From a phage: a DNA stretch of 50,192 nucleotides. This document shows, piece by piece, positions 20,834 to 29,741 of this stretch. The notes below the pieces were generated by a model. The model saw only the letters and a program-made list of their open reading frames with translations. It had not been told where the DNA came from and searched no databases. The DNA lies in the sequence record PZ445416.1. One strand, 5' to 3'. Every line of letters begins with the position of its first letter. Position 1 is the first letter of the stretch. The position numbers and the translations under genes are program-made.

Positions 20834-20862
20834 CATTGTATGTCGCATTTACTTTTATTGCA
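20834..20862 (-). promoter_or_regulatory. sigma70-type promoter for cor-like gene
   Basis: Minus strand TTGCAA (20862-20857), 17-bp spacer, TACAAT (20839-20834), about 28 nt before the start codon. Confidence 0.55.
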
Positions 20863-20966
20863 ATAGCACGATTACAATTTTCGTGTAACAGGTGTCTATT
20901 TTTGTAACCGGAGCGGGTGTTACAAAATCCACCCCATCCGACCGCAGAGGGGTATGATAAAAACTC

Positions 20967-21022
20967 TATATAATATATATAGATAGATAATATTTAATTT
21001 TAGCTTTATATATATAATTATT
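20967..21022. repeat. TA-rich tract with element TATATAATATATATAG
   Basis: TATATAATATATATAGATAGATAAT... within the 525-bp non-coding gap between cor and the exonuclease gene; the same 16-mer recurs at 40251-40266. Confidence 0.7.
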
Positions 21023-21270
21023 GTTGTGTAACAGTTGTCTATCGTGTAACTGGTGATTTGATTGATTCGTCAAATTTCTATCATATACGTTCAAAATTTA
21101 ATCAATATGGATTCTACTTGTAGCTATCTCTGTATTTCTAAGAAAAATCGGTTACAAGTATTACACAGTAGACATCACATAAAAATAGACTTAAGCCATT
21201 GATTCCGTTAATGCTGGTTGTAACTTGAGCGATATAGACACGCTATTACACACCAATTACATGTATCCGA

Positions 21271-21298
21271 TTGACTAAACGCTGTTAATGGCTATAAT
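21271..21298 (+). promoter_or_regulatory. sigma70-type early promoter for recombination module
   Basis: TTGACT (21271-21276), 16-bp spacer, TATAAT (21293-21298); leader CATCGTAAACGAAGGAG before the ATG at 21330. Confidence 0.6.
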
Positions 21299-21329
21299 GG
21301 ATTCATCGTAAACGAAGGAGATAAACGCA

Positions 21330-22394
21330 ATGTTCCAGGTATTCACATCAAGTCAGCTTTCTAATGACGAGTATCATAGCAACGAAGGTTGGGCGGCAGA
21401 GTATGTAAGCGGTTCGAGCCTTGCAGAAATTTATCAGACTTGCCCGGCTAACTGGCGATTCAAGAAGAACGAGACGACTAAAGCGCTGGAGTTTGGTACT
21501 CAGTCGCACACCAACTTTGAGAGCCGAGATCTGTTTACTGCATCGTATGCGCGTTGTCCGGCTCCGGCAGAGTTTAAAGATCTCATTACTTCGCAGGCGG
21601 CGCTGGCAGCAAAATTAAAATCTTTTGGCCTGAAAGGTACATCCGGTAAGCAGTACCCGGACCTCATCAAAATGATGGTTGATTGTGGCGAAGACCTTAA
21701 CGTTCAATACCTGATTGAACTGATCGCAGAGGCTGAGGCTCGCGCTGAAGGAAAGAAACTCGTCGACGCTGATAAATACGACGCCTGCATGAAGATGAGA
21801 GCTATACTTGAACAGAACCCCGATCATGAAGCGTGCATCAACAGCGAAACAGCGCAGCGTGAAATCTCAATCTTCGGTGAAATATCCGGCGTCAAGGTTA
21901 AGGTTCGACTAGATCATCTTGACTATAAAGAGAATGTACCAGGTCGTGTACTGACTGGTTATGATGAGAATGGTGATCCGGTATTTGAAGACGTAATTTT
22001 CCCGGAAGCACTGATTATCACAGATTTCAAAACTACGATGAGCGCCAACCCGTTAGAGTTCCCGAGACTGGCATACAATCACGGTTATTACCTGAAGATG
22101 GCATTGCAGCATGACCTGCTACGTCGCGCAATCCAGGCTGGCGCTTTTGAAGGAAACTTCCCGGAAGATATTCCGATCGTAGTTCGATTGCTTGCGCAGG
22201 AGAAAAAAGAGCCTTATATCGCACTGGCTTACCGTATGACTATGGAGCAAATCAGGATCGGTCGTAACCAGTACATTAGCGTAGTCCACACTTACAAGGC
22301 TTGCTCTGAAATGGATGTTTGGCCTGGGTACGCTGGCGACGCAAGCGAGATCGAACTTGAAACGCCATCATGGGTGCGTTACCAAAATAAGTAA
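21330..22394 (+). CDS. PD-(D/E)xK exonuclease (RecE/YqaJ-like)
   Basis: Motifs VRLDHLD and IITDFKT fit the D...(D/E)xK nuclease signature; followed by Erf and SSB. Confidence 0.6.
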   Translation: MFQVFTSSQLSNDEYHSNEGWAAEYVSGSSLAEIYQTCPANWRFKKNETTKALEFGTQSHTNFESRDLFTASYARCPAPAEFKDLITSQAALAAKLKSFGLKGTSGKQYPDLIKMMVDCGEDLNVQYLIELIAEAEARAEGKKLVDADKYDACMKMRAILEQNPDHEACINSETAQREISIFGEISGVKVKVRLDHLDYKENVPGRVLTGYDENGDPVFEDVIFPEALIITDFKTTMSANPLEFPRLAYNHGYYLKMALQHDLLRRAIQAGAFEGNFPEDIPIVVRLLAQEKKEPYIALAYRMTMEQIRIGRNQYISVVHTYKACSEMDVWPGYAGDASEIELETPSWVRYQNK

Positions 22395-22468
22395 ACGGCA
22401 CAAATAGCTAAACAAATAATTAATGAGGTGTTATAATGCACCTCATACACCAATCAGGAGAAGTTAAT

Positions 22469-23116
22469 ATGCAATTATCACCAGAAACAAACGAAATCCT
22501 TCCTGCACTGTTCAATGCTCGCAACAAATTCGCGAAAGCAAAGAAGGACGCTAAAAACAATCACCTGAAAAATTCATACGCAACTCTTGATGCAATGATG
22601 GCGGCAGTAAGCCCGGCGCTAACCGATAACGATATCATGATCCTGCAATCAATGCTGGATACCAGCACTGAAACAACTTTCCACCTTGAGACTATGTTGA
22701 TTCACAAATCAGGGCAATGGGCCAAATTCTTCATGATGATGCCTATTGCAAAACGCGATCCGCAAGGCGTAGGATCTGCAATGACTTACGCTCGGCGCTA
22801 CTCACTCGCTGCGGCGCTGGGGATTAGTCAGAGTGATGACGATGCTCAGCTTGCAGTGAAATCTGTCAAGGACTGGAAAAAAGAACTTGATGCGTGTGAA
22901 GATATCGAATCACTGAAAGAGGTATGGGCCAGCGCCTACCGTCAGACTGACACGGCAAGTAAGTCAATTATTCAGGATCACTACAACGCACTTAAGGCTA
23001 AGTTTGAGATCGGTAAAGCTCGTGGTATTCGCCCGGCGCAACCGGAACAGAAAAAACAGGTTGAAGCAACTAGCGCGAAGCCTGTACAATCTCAATCAAT
23101 CACCAACTTCGAATAA
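22469..23116 (+). CDS. Erf-like single-strand annealing protein
   Basis: Start at MQLSPE after CAGGAGAAG; motifs NSYATLDAMM and TYARRYSLAAALG resemble the Erf family. Confidence 0.6.
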   Translation: MQLSPETNEILPALFNARNKFAKAKKDAKNNHLKNSYATLDAMMAAVSPALTDNDIMILQSMLDTSTETTFHLETMLIHKSGQWAKFFMMMPIAKRDPQGVGSAMTYARRYSLAAALGISQSDDDAQLAVKSVKDWKKELDACEDIESLKEVWASAYRQTDTASKSIIQDHYNALKAKFEIGKARGIRPAQPEQKKQVEATSAKPVQSQSITNFE

Positions 23117-23161
23117 TCATCAGGGCGGCTTCTGTCGCCCATAAATTTTAGGAGAGAAATA

Positions 23162-23587
23162 ATGCATATTATCACTGGCGAGATCCGCAAAGAACCTAAG
23201 ATTCTTGAACGTAACGGCGGCAATACTTATATCATCGAACTGGCAGAAAGCTATAAGCCTCGTGATGGCGATCGAGAATACACAAACTACACATTCTTTT
23301 TTAGCGATGGTGGAAAGCCTGGCCTTGCTGACTGGTATCGCGAAGCGTTTCAGGTTGGTCGGGTAATTTCAGTATCTTGCGAAACGTTGAAGATCTCATC
23401 CCGTGAGCACAACGGAACGATTTACAATTCATTGCAGGCAGCTGATTTCCCTAAGCTGGTATTCAGTCAACGAGGACAAAGCAATCAACAACAGCGATCG
23501 CCTCAGCAGCAACAACAGCGTTCTCAGCAGCAGTCACAACCACAACCAAATCAACAATCAACATTTGACGACGATATTCCATTCTAA
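23162..23587 (+). CDS. ssb: single-stranded DNA-binding protein
   Basis: 141 aa OB-fold-like N-terminus, Gln-rich linker and acidic C-terminal tail DDDIPF typical of SSB. Confidence 0.85.
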   Translation: MHIITGEIRKEPKILERNGGNTYIIELAESYKPRDGDREYTNYTFFFSDGGKPGLADWYREAFQVGRVISVSCETLKISSREHNGTIYNSLQAADFPKLVFSQRGQSNQQQRSPQQQQQRSQQQSQPQPNQQSTFDDDIPF

Positions 23588-23615
23588 AAAGAAGCCCCGC
23601 AATGCGGGGCTTTTT
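23587..23615. terminator. bidirectional terminator between ssb and tail fibre gene
   Basis: AAAAAGAA, GCCCCGCAATGCGGGGC hairpin, TTTTTG; convergent genes on both sides. Confidence 0.75.
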
Positions 23616-23616
23616 G

Positions 23617-25599
23617 TTACTTGTTTTCGATTAGTCTGTTAACCAACACTTCAAGCGCTGACAGTCTTGATTCAAGATCAGCGATCCTTTCCTTGTTCTG
23701 TTCATCACGAGCACGTAGCGCCTTGATTGCAGCAAGTCCATCTAAAAGCATTGGTGTCCGATCTAGGTGGTAGTACCCACCAATTAATTTGGTGTATTCC
23801 TTATCGATTCCTCGAATTTGTTGGCTGATAACACCCCTTCGGACAGTTGGCTCTTTATTTTGGTCCCTTTCTTCTTTAAACCGGAATAGTTTAAAGTCCA
23901 TGCGGTTAATGTTATCCAATGCCCCCTCGACGTTAAGATTACCAAGCACGTCTTTAAGACGTTCATCAGAGACTGCGCTCATAGTGTATTCCGACCACGG
24001 TTGCCACCCACCTTTGTTGGTGTTCACCCTTGAGTACGTGACGTTCCCTGTAGTGTAGTAGATCTGACGCCACCATACATCTTTCGGGTTATAGCTCCCT
24101 GGTAAGCTACCCTCCTTAAGACCCTGCGAGCAATAAGAGAAACAAGACCCGTAAGTGTCCGTGACAGGACCGTTAGCTGGGTTGCCAGCAACATACGACC
24201 AGCCCTGTGCAATATCGTCAAAGTTACCAAGCCATACGTCGTCACCATTCCACATCAAACCACCTTTTAGCGCTAACGATGTATCCGCACCTTCGACCCC
24301 CTCGATTTGTGGGAACTCAAGCCGCTGAAAGGTTCCGTTGCCGTCGTTGGCGCGGCGGTACAGGCGTACGATTCCGTCATCGTTTAGCTCAAGCGACATG
24401 TTATGGCGCATTGATGACGACTCAATGGTGTCGTTAGTGAGGCTGATTTTAGGCGAAGCATTCCCGCGTACCTTAACCATGCTCGACGCTCGCACTTCGC
24501 TCGGCCCGGATAATAGTCCATCCTCGTTATACGTGAGGTATGCGGTCTTTGCCGCTTCATGGTTCCCTGTAGAAATAGAGGTGGTGGATTTGCCGTCAAC
24601 CAGTTCGTTGTTAAACGTCGATTTTGTTAACAGCGCACCGCCCGCATCATTTCGGTGGGACTCCATGCCGCCGCCGTATGCAGTACCGTTCAGTTTTAGG
24701 TGCAAGGATTGGTGAGTTACGTTATCCGCGTCACCAAGCCCCACATTAGTTCGCGACGTCGGCAGATCAGCCAGGCCAGCCAGGTTGTCGGATTTAGTTA
24801 GCAGGTTTTCAGCATTAACGCTATTTGCTGCGTCTTTCGCTTCCTGAGCACTTACCGCCGCCGCATCTTTTGCGCTTACCGCATTGTCACGCGCTACCTG
24901 AGCGTCGTTTTTTGCAGAGGTTGCCGTTTGCGCTGCCGTTTGAGCGTCATTAACGTAACCTGACAGATCGCCTTTTGCGTCATTAATTGCCTGAATCGCC
25001 GCTGCCTCTTCTGTGTCAATGTGAGAGATAACAGATGATTCCTTAGATCCGATATTAGTAATAGCCTGATCTTTTGCCGCATTAATGCTATCTACAGCGC
25101 CGTCAACAATTTGCTGAGTCTGGTTCTTGATTGAGTTAGTTTCATCACGAGCCGCATTTGCTGCGTCACGAGCTAATTCAGATTGATTCTGAGCCGACTC
25201 TGCCGCCGATTTGTTCGCCTTAATTTCCTCAACGATACGGTTAAGGTTATCCATACCCAGATCTGCAATGATATCCATTGCCCCAGCAATCTCAGTCTCT
25301 TTACTTTGATAGTATCTAAGCGTCTCAGCAACGTTTTGAGCCAATCCATTAACGGTTAGTGAGTCGTTAAGCAGGATTACATACTTTCCGTCAGCGGCAG
25401 TCTGACCATCCGTAGAGATAGCCTTTAACTCTGTGTCACTCACAATATCGCTGATTACAGCCAGCTTAATTGGTTGCTCCAGGAATACGATAGTTGCACC
25501 GACTCGAATCAGAGCAAGCTGATCTTTCCATTTTGTATCGGTTCCGTGAACTGTGCCGTCTGCATCCATTGATGCCGTACCGCGTCGATATAAAGCCAT
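23617..25599 (-). CDS. tail fibre with C-terminal intramolecular chaperone (peptidase S74-like) domain
   Basis: 660 aa; C-terminus has SDERLKDV followed by a roughly 110-aa coiled-coil domain, matching the autocleavage motif of S74 chaperone domains. Confidence 0.75.
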   Translation of the reverse strand: MALYRRGTASMDADGTVHGTDTKWKDQLALIRVGATIVFLEQPIKLAVISDIVSDTELKAISTDGQTAADGKYVILLNDSLTVNGLAQNVAETLRYYQSKETEIAGAMDIIADLGMDNLNRIVEEIKANKSAAESAQNQSELARDAANAARDETNSIKNQTQQIVDGAVDSINAAKDQAITNIGSKESSVISHIDTEEAAAIQAINDAKGDLSGYVNDAQTAAQTATSAKNDAQVARDNAVSAKDAAAVSAQEAKDAANSVNAENLLTKSDNLAGLADLPTSRTNVGLGDADNVTHQSLHLKLNGTAYGGGMESHRNDAGGALLTKSTFNNELVDGKSTTSISTGNHEAAKTAYLTYNEDGLLSGPSEVRASSMVKVRGNASPKISLTNDTIESSSMRHNMSLELNDDGIVRLYRRANDGNGTFQRLEFPQIEGVEGADTSLALKGGLMWNGDDVWLGNFDDIAQGWSYVAGNPANGPVTDTYGSCFSYCSQGLKEGSLPGSYNPKDVWWRQIYYTTGNVTYSRVNTNKGGWQPWSEYTMSAVSDERLKDVLGNLNVEGALDNINRMDFKLFRFKEERDQNKEPTVRRGVISQQIRGIDKEYTKLIGGYYHLDRTPMLLDGLAAIKALRARDEQNKERIADLESRLSALEVLVNRLIENK

Positions 25600-25620
25600 A
25601 ATATAAACTCCTTAAATAAA

Positions 25621-25635
25621 TAGCACGAATTGCTA
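25621..25635 (+). promoter_or_regulatory. isolated Box-A site
   Basis: TAGCACGAATTGCTA between tail fibre start and primase terminator; only a weak hexamer (TATGAG) at the 22-bp position and no plus-strand gene downstream. Confidence 0.45.
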
Positions 25636-25673
25636 AACACAGATTTTATCATTGCTCTATGAGTCTTGCAACG

Positions 25674-25702
25674 GGCAATAAAAAACCGCCCGAAGGCGGT
25701 TA
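25674..25702 (-). terminator. rho-independent terminator after primase (minus strand)
   Basis: Minus strand CCGCCTTCGGGCGG hairpin then TTTTTTATT, immediately after the primase stop. Confidence 0.7.
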
Positions 25703-26635
25703 GAGTAGGTCACTTGCTGAGAATAACTTAGCTTGCATTCCTGAACGGTATCCTCCAGGATTCGGGATAATTATTTTTAATTGCCTGTCGTCAGCCATGT
25801 ATAAAGTCTCCTTATCTGAAGGTTCGCACGCCACTCTTACCTCGCGATCTCCTTTGTATCTGTACGCAACCATTTCGAGATTTTCAGGAGTGAAGCAGGC
25901 CCACACCTCTTGCTTTGTGTGAAATGCAATATGCTGAGCATCAATCCAATTAAGGCATAAGTAGATCGCTTTTTCAGTTTTACCAGTCACGGCAACCGAG
26001 CAACTTGTGTATTTCTTAGCGTAAAATGACTCCCTTCCTTCCTCATCAATAATCAAAATATTGCAAAACTCATCATCAAGACCGTCCTCGTGTACAAGTT
26101 GACATGGTATGGTGTGAAATACGCTCTCCCCGCCATCGTCGCGACGTTTTACGCCAACGTCGAATGATTCAGTAGGTAGCGACTCAAACATGCTTAGAGG
26201 CGTCTTTACGCGCTTCTCTGTGCGCTCCATGACTTTCATCACCGCTTCATGATCTGCCATCATGACATTGACACCAGATACCGGAGTTCGGCGCGCTTTC
26301 TTGTTTGCCTTGACGATGTATTCCTGCGGAACTTTTCCGAGAAATCTTCCCAATATATTTATGCATTCGCTATACGGCATACCAGTTAATTTCATCAACC
26401 AACCGATCCCGGAGTCGTTACCGCATGAGTTGCAGATTGCACCGCCGTCTCCTGGGGTATTCAGGTTGTCGGTCCAGCGAAAACGGTCTTTACCTCCACA
26501 GTTGGGGCAAGGTTGATGCTTCTTGTTGAATACCTCGTTAGGCAATCCGCAGACTGACTGAAAAGCCTCACGCCATAACCCCTTCATATACGGCAAGACG
26601 TCCTCTTTCTGAAACATCATAAACTCTTCGTTCAC
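25700..26635 (-). CDS. DNA primase
   Basis: N-terminal zinc-binding motif CPNCGG...CNSCG followed by a Toprim-like acidic region; adjacent to helicase. Confidence 0.65.
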   Translation of the reverse strand: MNEEFMMFQKEDVLPYMKGLWREAFQSVCGLPNEVFNKKHQPCPNCGGKDRFRWTDNLNTPGDGGAICNSCGNDSGIGWLMKLTGMPYSECINILGRFLGKVPQEYIVKANKKARRTPVSGVNVMMADHEAVMKVMERTEKRVKTPLSMFESLPTESFDVGVKRRDDGGESVFHTIPCQLVHEDGLDDEFCNILIIDEEGRESFYAKKYTSCSVAVTGKTEKAIYLCLNWIDAQHIAFHTKQEVWACFTPENLEMVAYRYKGDREVRVACEPSDKETLYMADDRQLKIIIPNPGGYRSGMQAKLFSASDLL

Positions 26636-26651
26636 TTCCAGATCTCCAAAT

Positions 26652-26696
26652 AAAAAACGCGTAGAAGGATGTTAACCCGCTACGCGTCGTTTGTTT
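26652..26696 (-). terminator. terminator/attenuator-like hairpin between HTH gene and primase
   Basis: Minus strand stem CGCGTAG / CTACGCG with 15-nt loop followed by TTTTTTA; long loop makes it weak. Confidence 0.4.
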
Positions 26697-27148
26697 TAAC
26701 TAAAAATGCTATTCGTCGTTCCAATATCTTCCTTCTTCACGACTCGCATAAACTTCTTGTTTTTGCATCGCTTCTCAAGGCACTTTCCGTTCCCATCAAA
26801 CTTCAGATCGAATCGTAGCCATGCCGCCCGGAATCCTTTGCAACCCTGTCGGCGGTAAGCACGATGCGCTGCTTCAGCGCCTTGCCATGAAATCATATTG
26901 CGATCTTTCCAGCCTTGCACCGTCTGATTGCTAACTTTTAGAGCCTTTGCGCAGGCCGCAGGACCACCGTAATATTCGATAAGAGCATCCAATCGCGCTC
27001 TCAGTCCTGCGCGCGTTTCTTCTTTATGGATATAAAATCCGCAGCGCTGGCGAGGCTTTTTATCTTTACCGCGTCGTGTTCCGTTGTTACCATTGATGTG
27101 ACGTTTATCGATTTCACCAGTAGACTCTGCGATACGTTTCATATTCAT
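26696..27148 (-). CDS. HTH DNA-binding protein (YdaS/Cro-like)
   Basis: Start moved to MNMKR after AGGAG; segment GGPAACAKALKVSNQTVQGWK resembles YdaS/XRE-type helix-turn-helix; basic N-terminus. Confidence 0.5.
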   Translation of the reverse strand: MNMKRIAESTGEIDKRHINGNNGTRRGKDKKPRQRCGFYIHKEETRAGLRARLDALIEYYGGPAACAKALKVSNQTVQGWKDRNMISWQGAEAAHRAYRRQGCKGFRAAWLRFDLKFDGNGKCLEKRCKNKKFMRVVKKEDIGTTNSIFS

Positions 27149-27161
27149 CTTAATTCTCCTG

Positions 27162-27204
27162 TAGCACTTTTTGCTAAAAACGTTTACTGTATGCCGTGTA
27201 TTAT
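27162..27204 (+). promoter_or_regulatory. Box-A cassette (putative phage promoter/operator) upstream of helicase
   Basis: TAGCACTTTTTGCTA, 22 bp, TATTAT; in the divergent gap between the HTH gene and helicase. Confidence 0.6.
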
Positions 27205-27242
27205 ATCGTAAACGATACAACGATTCAAAGGATTAAATAGCC

Positions 27243-29261
27243 GTGACAATTAACATCAAAAAGCAAATCGCATTACTTGGCGAGGACTATATAAAACGCA
27301 CTCAAGAACGATTCACTGTTGGTGAGGTCGTTCCGTATCCGTACCAGGTTGTTGCTTATGCTGAGATCGCAAAACGCCTATCAAATTATGAGCATCCATT
27401 CTTTGTTAAAGCGTCAGTATCGGCGGGTAAGACCATCATTTTTGCTATGGTTGCAAAGCAGTGTCAAAAAATGGGCTTGAAAATGCTTGTGCTGGCACGC
27501 CAGGGTGAGATTGTCGATCAGGATAGTGAAGAGATCGACAATTTCGGGGTGACTAACTCTATATTCTCAGCGTCACTTGGAATCAAGTCTTGCTACTTCC
27601 CGATCGTGGTAGGCTCTGAGGGTACTGTTGCAAATGGTTTAAATAATGAGCTAGCTGATTTTGTCCCTCACGTAATCGGGATAGATGAATGTCACCAGGT
27701 GGATTGGGAAGACCTTGCACAAGCCATAGATGGCAAGGAAACGATGGAACAGATGCGGGAAGAGAAGGGAAAAATCATTATGGAAGGGGGGATTTCTCTG
27801 ATTGGTAATGATGGGAAGCCTTTACTTGGAACTAAGCGAAGCCAGTACACGATCGTAATAATGGAGATGATGCGTCGCTGTAAAGAGGTTCACGGGCATG
27901 ACCTAAGAATATTTGGTATGACGGGATCTGAATTTCGCGGCGTTGTTCCTATTCTTGTTGAGAATCCAAAGGCGTTAGGATTCTGGCGCGAGCGCGTTAC
28001 TGATATTGACACCAACTACCTCATTGAGTTTGGCTCTGTCGTTCCGACGATATTCGGTTCAACGGATGGCGCTCACTACGATCTGGATAAGTTCAAAGCG
28101 TCAAGCGAGGACGGCGTTCAGGACTTTACAGAGAAAGATATGAAAGCGATGGAAGATGAAATTCTTCATGACAAATCTCTGACTCAGCGAATCATGCAAA
28201 TGGTCGCCAAAAAGGCTGAAGAGCGCAACGCGGTCCTGATTACATGTGCCGGGGTGCGTCACTGTAAAGAGGCAGCGGCGGCACTTCCTCCAGGAAGCAC
28301 CTATGCAATCATCACTGGAGATACAGACACCAAAACTCGCAAGAAGATTCTGGACGATGTGAGGTCCGGGAAGATTAAATACACCTTTCAGGTAATGGCT
28401 CTCACGACTGGCGTTAACGTTCCAAATTGGGATTTCAGTGTCATACTTCGCAAAATAGGATCACTCACGCTGTTGATTCAACTTTTGGGTAGGGGTATGC
28501 GATTGCTTAAATCCTGGCAGGTTGCTGAAGGAATGGTTAAGCAAGATCATCTTGTATGGGATTTCGCTGGCACTATGGATGAGTTGGGGCAACTTTATTT
28601 CGATCCTATACTTGAGCAGGCTCAATTCCAAAAGCGTTTTGAAAATGGCAAAGACCCGAAAACGTGTCCGAAGTGTGGTTGCGTAAATAGCTTCTACGCT
28701 CGCCGATGCGTTAACGTTATCGATGGTGAGCGTTGTGATCATTTCTGGACTTCTCAGATTTGCGAGGACCAGGTGGATGAGCGAACCGGGAAAATCCTTG
28801 TCAAAGGGTGTGGTGCCGAGAATGACGTTGTCGCCCGAGTTTGTCGTTGCTGTGATGTGTCACTTGTCGATCCTAACCTGAAATTGTCCGGCAAGGCGTA
28901 CACCAAGAATGACTGGTACGAGGTAAAGAATTTTGAGGTAACGCTAACCAAAAACCAAAAGGGTGTGATATACAAATACACACTGATTAACGATGATGGT
29001 GATGAGTTCAAGGCGTATGAAAAGTTCTTCCCCGAGTCTGACTCTAAGATTTGCGGTACACTATGGAAAACTAAAGGTGTATTGCCACACGTATCAGATC
29101 CTAAAATGCGCCGCTACTTTATCGGAATGAAGAACGCCATCAAGATCGTGCAATACGCACATCATATTGCTCACCCGGTGCGCGTAACTCATCGTCGCAA
29201 CCAGAAGAAAGAAGATATTATTAGTCGGAAGGATTTTGGAATGGAGGATATCCCGGAATGA
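27243..29261 (+). CDS. DExH-box DNA helicase
   Basis: GTG start; Walker A SAGKTII and motif II GIDECHQ; C-terminal Cys clusters (CPKCGC, CRCC) suggest a zinc finger. Confidence 0.8.
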   Translation: MTINIKKQIALLGEDYIKRTQERFTVGEVVPYPYQVVAYAEIAKRLSNYEHPFFVKASVSAGKTIIFAMVAKQCQKMGLKMLVLARQGEIVDQDSEEIDNFGVTNSIFSASLGIKSCYFPIVVGSEGTVANGLNNELADFVPHVIGIDECHQVDWEDLAQAIDGKETMEQMREEKGKIIMEGGISLIGNDGKPLLGTKRSQYTIVIMEMMRRCKEVHGHDLRIFGMTGSEFRGVVPILVENPKALGFWRERVTDIDTNYLIEFGSVVPTIFGSTDGAHYDLDKFKASSEDGVQDFTEKDMKAMEDEILHDKSLTQRIMQMVAKKAEERNAVLITCAGVRHCKEAAAALPPGSTYAIITGDTDTKTRKKILDDVRSGKIKYTFQVMALTTGVNVPNWDFSVILRKIGSLTLLIQLLGRGMRLLKSWQVAEGMVKQDHLVWDFAGTMDELGQLYFDPILEQAQFQKRFENGKDPKTCPKCGCVNSFYARRCVNVIDGERCDHFWTSQICEDQVDERTGKILVKGCGAENDVVARVCRCCDVSLVDPNLKLSGKAYTKNDWYEVKNFEVTLTKNQKGVIYKYTLINDDGDEFKAYEKFFPESDSKICGTLWKTKGVLPHVSDPKMRRYFIGMKNAIKIVQYAHHIAHPVRVTHRRNQKKEDIISRKDFGMEDIPE

Positions 29262-29674
29262 TTACAGACAAAGGCGATTATTTGGAGTTTTACGAACGAG
29301 ATCCCAGTGATACGCGAAAGGAGGATGCGCACCAGGTAGATTGCGTGTCCTGGCTGAAATACAATTTCCCACACCTTCTATTTTGGCACACTGTCAATGA
29401 AGGTGAAAAAACAATCACTTCAGCACTCAGGGATGAGCAGGCTGGATTACTTAAAGGTGTGTCAGATTTCGTTATCCTGATTGGTGTTAACTCACGATAC
29501 CCGTTTGCAGCAATAGAACTCAAACGGGTTAATAAGTCAGGCAAAGGAAAGGCGTCACCAGTCAGCGACAAGCAAAGGGAATTTCTCCGAAAGGTCAGGG
29601 AGCGTGGCGGCTTCCCCGCCGTCGCATACGGATTTGAGCAATTCAAGGTCGCAATTTACGAATTGATGAAATAG
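29258..29674 (+). CDS. VRR-NUC domain nuclease
   Basis: 138 aa with D...ELK-type catalytic pattern (VSDFVI, AAIELKR) typical of VRR-NUC; coupled to helicase stop. Confidence 0.65.
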   Translation: MITDKGDYLEFYERDPSDTRKEDAHQVDCVSWLKYNFPHLLFWHTVNEGEKTITSALRDEQAGLLKGVSDFVILIGVNSRYPFAAIELKRVNKSGKGKASPVSDKQREFLRKVRERGGFPAVAYGFEQFKVAIYELMK

Positions 29675-29714
29675 CACTTTTTGTTAAAACTGCTGGAATG
29701 GAATCTGGCATTAT
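29672..29714 (+). promoter_or_regulatory. Box-A cassette upstream of dam
   Basis: TAGCACTTTTTGTTA, 22 bp, CATTAT; TAG is the stop codon of the VRR-NUC gene. Confidence 0.6.
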
Positions 29715-29741
29715 TATCTCACCGAAACGAGAGGACTAAAG

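Noticed and set aside
23784-24715. Plus-strand ORFs opposite the tail fibre gene
   Set aside because: Embedded antisense to a 660-aa gene with clear domain structure; translations are Arg/Ser/Leu-rich, as expected for antisense frames.
26696-27148. Homing endonuclease inserted between primase and helicase
   Set aside because: No recognisable HNH, GIY-YIG or LAGLIDADG catalytic motif; the only clear feature is a YdaS/Cro-type HTH.
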